Assembly: GCA_020353515.1 (NCBI GenBank) | Contig: CP070695.1 | Location: forward strand, 4,092,291 to 4,128,120 | DNA from: Candidatus Heimdallarchaeota archaeon | GTDB taxonomy: Archaea > Asgardarchaeota > Heimdallarchaeia > Hodarchaeales > Hodarchaeaceae | DNA: 35,830 nucleotides | Direction of reading: 5' to 3' | Part shown: positions 19,217 to 29,059 of the stretch, in pieces | How the letters are laid out: each line of letters begins with the position of its first letter | How positions within the stretch are numbered: position 1 is the stretch's first letter | Notes under the pieces: model-generated | What the model was told of the DNA's origin: nothing | The model's input: only the letters and a program-made list of their open reading frames with translations | Database searches by the model: none | Made by a program: the position numbers and the translations under genes

Positions 19217-20725
19217 ATGAATGATTATTACTTAACTATTGATGCTGGAACAAGTGGAGGAAAGGCGGTAATTGGTAATGAGAAAGGAGAAATAGTAGGA
19301 TATGCGAAATCTAAATGGGCCCACCTCTATCGCATTCCCGAAGATTTAGCTCCATATGGACATGAATTTGATCCAAACCAATTTTGGAGTATACTCATTA
19401 ATACGATACAAGATGCAATTAACTCTGCACAAATCGATCCAAGTCAAATCATAGCAATTTCGGCTACATCTCAAAGGCAAGGATGTGTATTCCTTGATGA
19501 ACATGGAAAAGAGTTGTATGCAGGACCGAATCGTGATGTACGAGGATTAGAAGTTGACACAGAGGAGTTTATGGACAATGATGAGGTTTACGATATCACT
19601 GGGAGGGGACTTCCTTTTATTTTCCCATTAGCAAGACTAGTATGGTTTCAAGAAAATGAGGAGGAAATTTATGAGAAAATCAAGCATCTCCTGACAATTG
19701 ACGGCTGGGTTAATTTTCATTTAACAGGCCAATTCGCTATTGATGAGACTGGAGCAGCTGAAACACTCTTATATGATATAACAAAGAAAAAATGGTCAGA
19801 AAAGATTCTTGATGAGTTTGAAATCCCATATGAAATCCTTCCTAAAAAGATGGAATTTGGTGAACTAATTGGGAATATTCTTCCAGATATAGCGAAAAAA
19901 CTGGAACTAAAAGAGCAAACACCTATTTTTATTGGATGTGCCGATAGTCAGGCTTCATTAATAGGTTGTGGAGCAATTAACCAAGGGTCTTTAGGAGTAG
20001 TTGCTGGATCAACTATGCCAATTTATTTTGTTATTGATAGTCCAATTATGGATCCTGAAAGAAAGGTTTGGACAAATCCCTTCCTAGGAAAGTGGGTGAT
20101 TGAATCAAATGCAGGAACAGCGGGAGATGCCCATCAGTGGTTTGTTGAATCCTTTCTTGAGAAATTAGGTGTAAAAGAACCATATAATCGATTTGAGGAA
20201 CTTGTAAATTCTCAAGTTCCTGGAGCAGGAGGAGTTCAAGCAGATATTGGTCCACAGATTTTCAATGCTCAGAACATGTTACGAATTCCAACTGGAGGGT
20301 TTATCTTCTCTCCAATCGCATATATGTTAGAAGGGAATCTTGATATTAGTGCCTTTGCTCGGTCTGTTGTAGAAAATCTTTCCTTTTCTGTTCGAGCAAA
20401 TATGGAACAAATTCTTAAAGTAGCAGACTCTCCCTTGGAAAGCGTTTACGTTGTGGGTGGATTAGCTCGATCAAAAGCGTTCAATCAAATTCTAGCTGAC
20501 GTGATTCAATCTGATGTTCATGTTTATGTTCCAGAGGGTGCCTCTGTAGCTGGTTTTATCTCTGGGATGATAGGTACTGAGCGATTTAAGACGGTAGATG
20601 AAGCAGTGTCTCAATTGGTCGAGAAAAAAGACATCTACTCACCCAATGAAGATAACGGAGCTGAATATGACAATCTTTTTTCTCAATGGCTAGAGCTTTA
20701 TGAAAAATCAAGGGAAGAAGACTGA
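19217..20725 (+). CDS. FGGY-family carbohydrate kinase, LsrK (AI-2 kinase)-like branch
   Basis: TIDAGTSGGKA, EFDP..W, ISATSQRQG, GPNRD.R, GCADSQ, ESNAG and VGGLARS. Confidence 0.9.
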   Translation: MNDYYLTIDAGTSGGKAVIGNEKGEIVGYAKSKWAHLYRIPEDLAPYGHEFDPNQFWSILINTIQDAINSAQIDPSQIIAISATSQRQGCVFLDEHGKELYAGPNRDVRGLEVDTEEFMDNDEVYDITGRGLPFIFPLARLVWFQENEEEIYEKIKHLLTIDGWVNFHLTGQFAIDETGAAETLLYDITKKKWSEKILDEFEIPYEILPKKMEFGELIGNILPDIAKKLELKEQTPIFIGCADSQASLIGCGAINQGSLGVVAGSTMPIYFVIDSPIMDPERKVWTNPFLGKWVIESNAGTAGDAHQWFVESFLEKLGVKEPYNRFEELVNSQVPGAGGVQADIGPQIFNAQNMLRIPTGGFIFSPIAYMLEGNLDISAFARSVVENLSFSVRANMEQILKVADSPLESVYVVGGLARSKAFNQILADVIQSDVHVYVPEGASVAGFISGMIGTERFKTVDEAVSQLVEKKDIYSPNEDNGAEYDNLFSQWLELYEKSREED

Positions 20726-20749
20726 AGATTTTTTTAAGAGGAATTAATA

Positions 20750-21763
20750 GTGAAAATCCTAATCACCGCTCCTTTCCATGAAAGTGGATTGAAAAAGTTA
20801 GAAGAACACTGTGAGGTAATTTATGAGAGCTGGCGGGACACCGGGAAAATCTATTTTGATGATGAAGAACTCATTAGAAAATTAAATGATAATGAAATTG
20901 ATATCATAATAACAGAGGCAGATGAAGTTGATGCTTGGGTGATTGAGAAAACAAATCTAAAACTTATTGCATCAGCTAGAGGAACCCCTGTGAATGTTGA
21001 TGAGGAAGCAGCTGCAGAAAAAAAAATTCCTGTAATTTATACTCCTCATAGGAATGCCGATGCAGTGGCAGACCTCACAGTGGGGATGATGCTTACTCAA
21101 GCTCGAAAAATGATTGAAATAGACCGTCTCCTTAGAAGTGGTAAATTTAATACTGCAGAACTAGAGAGTGAAGAAGAATTTACAGAGTTTTATAGTCGGT
21201 TTCAGGGAGTGGAATTAGGTGGATTAACAATCGGTATCATTGGATTTGGAGCTATAGGATCGCGAGTAGCACAGAGATTGCATAATGGATTTGGATCAAA
21301 AATACTTTACTTTGATCCTTATATTCCAGAAGATCATGTGATTGTGCTTGAAACTAAAGCTAAACAAGTATCTCTTGAAACTCTGATGAAAGAATCTGAC
21401 ATGATCAGCATTCATACTCCCCCCATTGAAGAAACAGACGAGTTAGTTAATGCGGAAATGTTAGCTTTAATGAAACCAACCGCACATTTCTTCAATCTAG
21501 CTCGTTCTTACTGCATTCAGGAAGATGCCCTATATGAAGCTGTTAAAGAAAAGAGAATAGCTGGAGCGGGCCTTGATGTTTTTGATGAAGAGCCCGTCGA
21601 TTCCGAGAATCGCTTTCTAGAATTTGATAATGTAACAGTTATGCCCCATTTTGGAGGTAATACTGTTGATGTTGTTCGTCACCAAACAAATATGATTACC
21701 GAGGATGTCTTAAACTTCTTGCGGTCAAAACCAATTAAAAACCTATGGAATCCTCAAACTTGA
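20750..21763 (+). CDS. D-isomer-specific 2-hydroxyacid dehydrogenase
   Basis: RGTPVNVD, RNADAVAD, GIIGFGAIG, NLAR, LDVFDEEP and MPHFGG (Arg-Glu-His triad). Confidence 0.92.
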   Translation: MKILITAPFHESGLKKLEEHCEVIYESWRDTGKIYFDDEELIRKLNDNEIDIIITEADEVDAWVIEKTNLKLIASARGTPVNVDEEAAAEKKIPVIYTPHRNADAVADLTVGMMLTQARKMIEIDRLLRSGKFNTAELESEEEFTEFYSRFQGVELGGLTIGIIGFGAIGSRVAQRLHNGFGSKILYFDPYIPEDHVIVLETKAKQVSLETLMKESDMISIHTPPIEETDELVNAEMLALMKPTAHFFNLARSYCIQEDALYEAVKEKRIAGAGLDVFDEEPVDSENRFLEFDNVTVMPHFGGNTVDVVRHQTNMITEDVLNFLRSKPIKNLWNPQT

Positions 21764-21771
21764 ATTATGGA

Positions 21772-23469
21772 TCACAATAAAAGAAACAACACAGAAAAAA
21801 CCGAATAAATTGTGAGTCCACTAAGTATCATGAATATTAGGGTAGAGTGAAACCCCCATTTTGTTCGAATGATCGCACTAATCACTCCTAGTAGTCCAAA
21901 AAGTCCAAATCCATAAACAATGAAACGGATTTCTATCAGATTCCACCATATAATTAAACTGAAAAAAACAGCACATTTGGATAAAAGATAGATTAGTGAC
22001 ATACTTAAGATGTACCAATACTTTTTTTCATTTCTCTTAAGTTTTGTAATAAATTGATGTGTTAGCTCCCAGTAAAAAAGAGATTCTATACCTAAAAATA
22101 TGCCAATTGCAATGAGAATTGGACTTAATCTAATTCCTGTTTCTAAATTAATGAATGGTATCCAAGGGTAATCCGTTAGCAATAACAAGACGAAATAAAT
22201 GACTAGAATGAAAAAAAGCGTAATTCCAGTGTCGATAATCCATTCTTTTATTACTGTGTATGAAGGAGTTCGCAATTTATTATTTTGGAGTTTATAATCC
22301 CCTACAATCATTAAACTAATTGTGCTTAAAGAACTCAAGATAAGTCCTATGAGGGTTGAATAGTGGATTACTACTATGAGAGAAATAAGTACTGAAGCTA
22401 TATGAAGGAGTACAAAGGATAAAACGATGAGTACTAGAAATTTTAATGATGATTCATCAAAAGAAAACCTTTCTGAAGGTTTTTGAAAGTTCCATTTAGA
22501 AAGAATATTTTGATGGACTATTGGAAAAAAAGAAAGAATACTTATCGTAAACAATAAACCTCCAATTAATAACGTAATCCAACTTGCCATAAGATACAAA
22601 TAGGAAGCTGATGGCGGGTTTATTATCCGTGTGTGTGGATTTCTAAACACTTCTCGTAGGAACTGTGTTGTTTCCTGCTTCACCCGATCTCCATTCACAT
22701 TATGTTCTTCCCCTGAAAAAACGATCAGCTTGTGACTATCCGATCTGTTTGAAGCATCAAGGAGATCCTCAGCATGATGAACGGGAACGAGGGGATCAAG
22801 CTCCCCATGTATCACTAATAAATTCTCTATATTATTAACGTAGTTTATCGGAGATCGTTCCTCAAGAGCGGTCAAATTTGAGGGGTCAATTGTTACATAT
22901 GGTCGGTAAGATATTCTCTCATTTGTGCGGAAATCGCGCTCTTTCAACCAAGCAGTTGTATTTGCTGGAGCAGAAACAGCTATTGCAGCCCTGATACGAG
23001 GATCATTACCCGCAGCAAGAAGACTAATCATACCACCAAACGAGGCACCCCAAACAGATATGGCACTAGAATTAACTAATTCTGATCGTGAAATCAAATA
23101 ATCTACTGCAACATTTGCGTCAGCTTGTTCTGCAAGACCTAATGTAGAGACACCACCAGATTCCCCATGACCACGAAGATCTGGAACCAATACTACGAAG
23201 CCTGCTTTAACAAAATCCAAACAATTAGTTAGAATATTTTCTTTTGTACCTCCCCATCCATGATAAGCTAGGATTGCTGGTCTTTGACTCTTAAGATCAC
23301 TTGGATAAAGGAATAATGCTGAAATTCTGACCCCTTTACTATCCAACTGGATTCGGTCAACGTGGATGTTTGAATAAGCAAGATTACCAAAAACACCACT
23401 GATAATCAGTAAAACAGAAGCGGTTCCCAGTAGTAATCCTATTAAAGGATCAAACTTCCTCAAACTCAT
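21772..23469 (-). CDS. Membrane-anchored alpha/beta-hydrolase with C-terminal multi-TM domain
   Basis: N-terminal TM, HGWGG, DLRGHGES, GASFGG (Ser), HGELDPLV (Asp) and GEEH (His), then about 8 TM segments. Confidence 0.88.
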   Translation of the reverse strand: MSLRKFDPLIGLLLGTASVLLIISGVFGNLAYSNIHVDRIQLDSKGVRISALFLYPSDLKSQRPAILAYHGWGGTKENILTNCLDFVKAGFVVLVPDLRGHGESGGVSTLGLAEQADANVAVDYLISRSELVNSSAISVWGASFGGMISLLAAGNDPRIRAAIAVSAPANTTAWLKERDFRTNERISYRPYVTIDPSNLTALEERSPINYVNNIENLLVIHGELDPLVPVHHAEDLLDASNRSDSHKLIVFSGEEHNVNGDRVKQETTQFLREVFRNPHTRIINPPSASYLYLMASWITLLIGGLLFTISILSFFPIVHQNILSKWNFQKPSERFSFDESSLKFLVLIVLSFVLLHIASVLISLIVVIHYSTLIGLILSSLSTISLMIVGDYKLQNNKLRTPSYTVIKEWIIDTGITLFFILVIYFVLLLLTDYPWIPFINLETGIRLSPILIAIGIFLGIESLFYWELTHQFITKLKRNEKKYWYILSMSLIYLLSKCAVFFSLIIWWNLIEIRFIVYGFGLFGLLGVISAIIRTKWGFHSTLIFMILSGLTIYSVFSVLFLLL

Positions 23470-23487
23470 TGGTAATCAATAAAATAC

Positions 23488-24447
23488 TCAGAGCTGATCA
23501 TCTAGCCATTCTAAGAACTCATCTGTAGGCGTCAGGCTAAATTCTAGTTTTTTAGAAAATACATCCTCTCGAGTCTTCTTCCGTTTTATTTTAGATTTAG
23601 CTTGAGGGACTCCTGCTAGCCAATCCTCAAACGAATCCACAACATCTTTTCTCTTCTTTCGCTTGTTCCATTCATCTACAATTTTCTTCTTTTTTAAAAG
23701 CCACTTTGGAGGAGTCATGACTTGTTGAATTCCATCCATACAGCGTAATGTACGCGCTTCATTTGGAGGGATACCATATCCTTGGGACAAAATACGAATT
23801 TCATGCATGATTAAATCAGTAGCTGCCCGAAGAGCATATGGATTGAAAATATCTTTCTGTTCATAATTATAATGGAGAAAGATGGGATTACCAACTCTAA
23901 GAGTGACTTTCTTTCCAGGAGTCGGCCAATTTCCTCCATAAGGTAAAATACCATCCGTACCAATAATACCAACAGGTATAACTGGGGAGTCAGTTTCAAA
24001 CGCAAAACGAGCTACTCCAACTTTTCCCTCCAATTCTTTACGGGAGTAACGAATGTGCCCTTCTGGAAAAATCCCTAGAGCTTGATTGTGACGTAATATA
24101 TCAATTCCCCTTTTGATAGCCTCTTGATTGTCTCGCTTTTTTACTGGAATGACTCCAAAATAATCCATCATGGCTCCCCAGAATCTGTTCTTCCAGAGAG
24201 CACTTTTCTTTCCTAGAAAAAAGATCCTTTTTTCCTTCATTTCTGATGGAACGACTAAACCCATTAGAAATGCGTCAATTACACTTTCATGATTACCTGC
24301 AAAGATAACGCCTTCCCGTAGGTCATTTATATTATCAATCAGATTTTCTTGTCTTCCCTCAATCTCCAATCGATAACCAAAAAGAGCAGCGAACTGAACT
24401 GCCTTTCTAATGACCCCATATTTCGCATCGGAAATATTATCAGCCAT
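23488..24447 (-). CDS. plsC: Lysophospholipid acyltransferase (PlsC family) with charged C-terminal extension
   Basis: NHESVID (HxxxxD), FLGKK, IFPEGH and PVIPVGIIG. Confidence 0.85.
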   Translation of the reverse strand: MADNISDAKYGVIRKAVQFAALFGYRLEIEGRQENLIDNINDLREGVIFAGNHESVIDAFLMGLVVPSEMKEKRIFFLGKKSALWKNRFWGAMMDYFGVIPVKKRDNQEAIKRGIDILRHNQALGIFPEGHIRYSRKELEGKVGVARFAFETDSPVIPVGIIGTDGILPYGGNWPTPGKKVTLRVGNPIFLHYNYEQKDIFNPYALRAATDLIMHEIRILSQGYGIPPNEARTLRCMDGIQQVMTPPKWLLKKKKIVDEWNKRKKRKDVVDSFEDWLAGVPQAKSKIKRKKTREDVFSKKLEFSLTPTDEFLEWLDDQL

Positions 24448-24574
24448 TTTTCGGCAACTCGTGACAATTAAATAGAGAGGAACGGTTTATAAAATGATGA
24501 ACAAGGACTTGTTATTCTTTCTATCAACCAAATAGAAGATAAAAATCTTCTTATGGAAGCAGAACTTGACTTTA

Positions 24575-25132
24575 TTATTTCATCGAAACGACAAGTAAAT
24601 CCTCATAAATAGCGCCCTTTGGTGTTAGAGTACTTTTCTTGAGAATAAATTCATCAACCATTTGAACACCAATGGGAATGGTTTTCGAATCTTGGATAAT
24701 GGTGGTTAATCGTTTTTTGTCAGCATTACGTAATTTTTTAATTCGTGCTAGAGTTAAGTGGGGAGAAAAACGTCTTTTTTCTCTTGGAAATCCTAGAGGA
24801 TTAAGTTTTTCCTCTACAAGATTAGCAAGTTCTTTCAAACTATCACTCCCTTCTTTGATTCCAATCCAAACAACCCTGATATAATTCAGATTGGGGAAGC
24901 AGCCCATTCCTTCTAATGCCATCTTAAACGAAGAAAAATCAATTGTTTGAATTGCTTGTTTGATTGGAGCTATTCGAGATTCTGGTACTTCTCCCAAGAA
25001 CTTTAGTGTAAGGTGTAATTGATACGATTTGACAGGCCGAACTCCATCATATCTGATCCTTGAGATTAATTCTTCTATTTGGGTAACAATCTCAGAATTG
25101 TTGATTTCGACACATATGAAAGATCGAACCAT
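24575..25132 (-). CDS. thpR: RNA 2',3'-cyclic phosphodiesterase (2H family)
   Basis: RSFICV, HLTLKFLGE, FPN..RVVW and PHLTLAR (two HxT motifs), plus STLTPKGAIY. Confidence 0.93.
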   Translation of the reverse strand: MVRSFICVEINNSEIVTQIEELISRIRYDGVRPVKSYQLHLTLKFLGEVPESRIAPIKQAIQTIDFSSFKMALEGMGCFPNLNYIRVVWIGIKEGSDSLKELANLVEEKLNPLGFPREKRRFSPHLTLARIKKLRNADKKRLTTIIQDSKTIPIGVQMVDEFILKKSTLTPKGAIYEDLLVVSMK

Positions 25133-25142
25133 TATTTTTCCT

Positions 25143-26354
25143 CTAGATTTGATTTTTTCTTAATTTTCTTTTTAAGTTTCTTGTCATTATGAAAAGAGTT
25201 GATACTGCAGTTGTGTACATTATAGCTGTGATTGTAAAAGACAGATAAAAATCCTTTGTCTCATCGATGATCATTGCACTTATTGAAGGACTGAAACTAC
25301 GACCCAATCGGTCAGAAACTCGCATGAGCGATTGAATCCTTGCGCGAAACGCCTCTGGTACATAATCTTGCACAATGGTTGTCTGAGCAGGTGAGCTCAT
25401 ATTCATTAACACAATCCTAAATAGAAACGCTATTATTGACAAAGGAAGAAATGTGCTATAAGCGATGATTAATATTAAAGGAATGGATATTCCTTGTGTT
25501 AAATAGATCACCTTGGCATTACTACCTAATATAGAAGATAATAACGGGATAAATCCCATAAATACGGCAGTAAGGACTTGTGCAGTACCCATAATGATAT
25601 TAACCTCAGAAGGGCCAAGGAGAAATCGTTTGACAAAATATGGTTGAGCAAAAGGAACTAGAAAGCCTGCTCCAAACCCAATCATAATAGAAATAGCGAG
25701 AAACCCAATAATATACGTACCTTCTGGTCTTTTTATCATCTCTTTAATCTCTACTTTTAGTTGAGATTCAATATTATTCCTCCATTCTTCAGCATTCACT
25801 AGTAACAGAGAAGGAATTATCGCACAGATAGCAACTAGGAATGTTACAAACATTGTTTGCTGAAGGTTCCTATATGAGAATTCATCTTGGTTAAGAATAA
25901 AGAAGAAGGATGATAAAAAATAACCAAGAGCTAGATTGCCCCATCGCATGGTCTCATTTCTCGTAAATACATTAATCCTATCAGTTGGATTATTATGAGC
26001 TAGAATAGCGACTTGAGATGGCATTATCATACCTTGTCCAAGTCCAACCCCAAATCCTCCTAATAACAAATATTCCCAATGTGGTGGAGGGGTAAACGCG
26101 ATAATGAAGTAAGATATCGCATAAATCACAGAACCACCTAGTATCAAACGTCTGTGACCTACCTTATCTGCCAGAAATGCAGCTGGAAATAAGAATAAGA
26201 GATTGGAGAACGTTTGGATAGATTGAATAAAACCATAATTAACTATAGTTCCTCCTAAGACTTCAACGTAAGATGGAAAGTTCCCACGAGAGAAAGATTG
26301 ACCAAGAGCGAGAAATGCGGTTCCAAGATAGATCAAAATGTTGTTTCTTTTCAT
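25143..26354 (-). CDS. MFS transporter
   Basis: About 12 hydrophobic segments and motif A-like AFLADKVGHRR. Confidence 0.9.
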   Translation of the reverse strand: MKRNNILIYLGTAFLALGQSFSRGNFPSYVEVLGGTIVNYGFIQSIQTFSNLLFLFPAAFLADKVGHRRLILGGSVIYAISYFIIAFTPPPHWEYLLLGGFGVGLGQGMIMPSQVAILAHNNPTDRINVFTRNETMRWGNLALGYFLSSFFFILNQDEFSYRNLQQTMFVTFLVAICAIIPSLLLVNAEEWRNNIESQLKVEIKEMIKRPEGTYIIGFLAISIMIGFGAGFLVPFAQPYFVKRFLLGPSEVNIIMGTAQVLTAVFMGFIPLLSSILGSNAKVIYLTQGISIPLILIIAYSTFLPLSIIAFLFRIVLMNMSSPAQTTIVQDYVPEAFRARIQSLMRVSDRLGRSFSPSISAMIIDETKDFYLSFTITAIMYTTAVSTLFIMTRNLKRKLRKNQI

Positions 26355-26536
26355 CTACGATCGTTAATCCCATTTAATTTTACTTATATTCAGAAATAAT
26401 AACTAAAAATCAGTAAATCGGTGGTATCAGATTCCTTAAAGACAATATCCCAAGCTAATGGTTTAATTAGGTTTGATGGAGCAAATAACTGAAAATTGAT
26501 GAACGGGTTTAAAGAATGGGATAAGTACTGTATAAA

Positions 26537-26905
26537 CTAGTGGAATTGTACAATCTCATGAACATTTCCGTATGGGTCTTTAAAAGCATTAAAAATTCCC
26601 GCAGGGAATTCTATTACTTCAGAATAAAAAAATTCGACCCCTTTCTCTATTAGCTCGTCCATCATTTTTTTTAAATCATCAGTTCTGAATATAATAAGGG
26701 ATTGTGCTTGATTTGGATAGTCGATCACAGTCTGTTTTTGGACTTTGTATAAAAGTAATCGGATCCCTCCTTTCTGGATTAAATCCACAGCTTGAGGAGG
26801 ATAATAATGCTCTTTCGACACTTCAAATCCTAATACATCTGTATACCAAGCGATTGCATCCTCGAGATTAGTAACATTAATTTGATTCATGGCAATTTCT
26901 AGCAC
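26537..26905 (-). CDS. VOC/glyoxalase/bleomycin-resistance family protein
   Basis: VTNLEDAIAWYTDVLGF, FRTDDL..ELIEKGV and FKDPYGNVHEI; GAGGT upstream of the GTG start. Confidence 0.9.
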   Translation of the reverse strand: MLEIAMNQINVTNLEDAIAWYTDVLGFEVSKEHYYPPQAVDLIQKGGIRLLLYKVQKQTVIDYPNQAQSLIIFRTDDLKKMMDELIEKGVEFFYSEVIEFPAGIFNAFKDPYGNVHEIVQFH

Positions 26906-26949
26906 ATGTCATACCTCAACTAGATATCAAGTGATTTTCTTCTTATTTT

Positions 26950-27951
26950 TTAACCCCATTGTCGAAAAGGGGTAGTTGGTTTGTTATCTAGAATTTCCTC
27001 CATTTTTTCCAGCGTTTCTTCATCTAGACTTACATCACTCGCTCCAGTATTCTCAATAACTTGTGTAGGTTTTGAGGCACCCATAATAGTTGATGAAATT
27101 TCAGGATTACGTAATACCCAAGCTATAGCTAACTGACTTAAGGGTATTTCAAGAGAATTTGCTACTTCTGCCAATTTTAATATTTGTGGTCTGCGTTTTT
27201 CAAATATCCCTGTTGGTATACCTTTTTTAATAGGTTCAACAGAGAAACGAGTCCCATTCGGTATACCATCAACATATTTACCAGTATAGAATCCTGATGC
27301 CAAAGCTTCGAAAGCAGTAATTCCTAATCCATGATAGTTTGCAACATCAAAGAGCTCTACTTCAATAAATCGCGCATTTAGATGATAAGGGGGTTCTTCA
27401 ACAGCAGGAGGAATCAATCCATGTTCTTTAGCAATTCCGATCGTTCTTTCAACAAGAAATGGAGGCCACCAGCTAGTACCCCAATAATGAACAAGACCTT
27501 CTTCTATCAGGTTGGTCATGGTTCTGATTGTTTCTTCTAAAGGTGTTTTACGATCAGGTCGATGACAATAATAGATATCAAGGTAATCAGTTTGTAGATA
27601 TTTCAGCGAGTCTCTAATTGATTCTCTAATATGTTTCCGTGATAATCCTCCACTATTTGGGCTCTCACGTAATTGTTTGAACACTTTACTACTAATCACC
27701 AAGTCATCTCGGTCTTGATCCTGTAGGAATTCACCAAGAATGATTTCTGCACGTGTTCGTTGATCTAGCGGAAGTTCTGAATCATCGATACCATATCTAT
27801 CAGCACAATCGATGAAGTTTATCCCCTGATTCAACGCTTCAGTTAAGCACGCGAGCGCAGCTTCTCTTTTAATATATGAACCGTGATACATTGTACCAAT
27901 ACTAATTTCAGAGAGTTTAATTCCATGTTTTCCCATTTTTCTGTATTTCAT
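26950..27951 (-). CDS. Aldo/keto reductase (Kv-beta/YghZ-like branch)
   Basis: The start is probably MKYRKMG at 27951 (GAGG upstream), because the track's longer start overlaps the previous gene. Motifs: IDCADRYG, ISSK, GLSRKHI, YCHRPD and WGTSWW. Confidence 0.92.
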   Translation of the reverse strand: MKYRKMGKHGIKLSEISIGTMYHGSYIKREAALACLTEALNQGINFIDCADRYGIDDSELPLDQRTRAEIILGEFLQDQDRDDLVISSKVFKQLRESPNSGGLSRKHIRESIRDSLKYLQTDYLDIYYCHRPDRKTPLEETIRTMTNLIEEGLVHYWGTSWWPPFLVERTIGIAKEHGLIPPAVEEPPYHLNARFIEVELFDVANYHGLGITAFEALASGFYTGKYVDGIPNGTRFSVEPIKKGIPTGIFEKRRPQILKLAEVANSLEIPLSQLAIAWVLRNPEISSTIMGASKPTQVIENTGASDVSLDEETLEKMEEILDNKPTTPFRQWG

Positions 27952-27973
27952 TTGAAAACCTCTCACATGATGA

Positions 27974-29056
27974 TTAAAATGTCTGTGGGTCTGGAGGGAA
28001 TTTTCCAATTTCAGCTTTGGGATTTTGAAGGACAAAATTATTGAAATCAACAAAAGATTCAGTAATCCCTCTTCTAATAGGTGTAGGCTTATTATCCAAA
28101 ATAGATTCTATTTTCTCACAAATTTCAGGTTTCAATTTAATATCAATTGCTTGAACGTTTTCCTCAATTCGATCAGGATTCCTTGTACTCATTAATACTG
28201 TGTCGATATAAGGAATCTGCATACTCCAAGCATGCACAAGTTGAGGAAGAGTAATTTCCAGCTCCTGTGCAGCTTCAGAAAGCTGTCTTATTTTATCAGG
28301 AATCAGAGGATCTTTCTCCAAATAGCCAGAAAAGTATCTTTCATCTTCTTTGGAAAGCTTTTCAAGTTTTATATCTTCATATTTTCCTGTTAACAATGCC
28401 TCCGCTAATATCCTGTAAGCAACAACGCCCAAACCGTGGTAATCAGCTGTATAAGGTAATTCAATTTCCACTGCATACCTCTGAAACATATTATACTTAG
28501 TTTGATCACACACAGGAGGATTTAATCCTAATCTGGATGTAATACCAAATGTACGTTCTAATTGAACTGCTCTCCAATTGGATGTTGCCCAATGAAGTAT
28601 TTTACCCTGGTCGATCAAATCATTCATGGCACTTATAGTTTCTTCCAGTGGGGTAGCAAAATCATATCTGTGACAGTAATATAGATCGAGATAATCAGTT
28701 TTAAGACGTTCAAGAGTTTTATTTATTGATTCATGAATGTGCTTTTTACTTAGCCCTCTGTCATTTGCATTCGCACTCATTGGAAACATGACTTTACTAC
28801 TGATTACAAAGTTTGAGCGATCATGTTCTTGAATGAACTCCCCAATTATTCTTTCAGCTTGGCCGTAAGCCCCATAGATATCAGCACAATCTATATAGTT
28901 AATCTCTAGGTCACATGCTTTTTCAAGGCATTTCAAAGCGTCTTGTTTTGAAACAGGATTTTCTGTAAAATTGTACTGAGCTCCTCCATAAGCCATTGTT
29001 CCAAAGCTAATGACAGAAACATGCATTCCACTTTTTCCTAATTTTCGAAACTTCAT
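27974..29056 (-). CDS. Aldo/keto reductase (Kv-beta/YghZ-like branch)
   Basis: MKFRKLG, IDCADIYG, ISSK, GLSKKHI, YCHRYD and WATSNW. Confidence 0.92.
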   Translation of the reverse strand: MKFRKLGKSGMHVSVISFGTMAYGGAQYNFTENPVSKQDALKCLEKACDLEINYIDCADIYGAYGQAERIIGEFIQEHDRSNFVISSKVMFPMSANANDRGLSKKHIHESINKTLERLKTDYLDLYYCHRYDFATPLEETISAMNDLIDQGKILHWATSNWRAVQLERTFGITSRLGLNPPVCDQTKYNMFQRYAVEIELPYTADYHGLGVVAYRILAEALLTGKYEDIKLEKLSKEDERYFSGYLEKDPLIPDKIRQLSEAAQELEITLPQLVHAWSMQIPYIDTVLMSTRNPDRIEENVQAIDIKLKPEICEKIESILDNKPTPIRRGITESFVDFNNFVLQNPKAEIGKFPPDPQTF

Positions 29057-29059
29057 TGA

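Noticed and set aside
26390-26539. About 48 open codons in frame after the VOC gene's TAG (possible pyrrolysine or readthrough)
   Set aside because: The VOC domain is already complete, no pyl genes are in the window, and the length is compatible with chance.
27952-28053. 34-aa N-terminal extension of the AKR given in the track
   Set aside because: It overlaps the upstream AKR. The family-typical start MKYRKMG with an RBS is at 27951.
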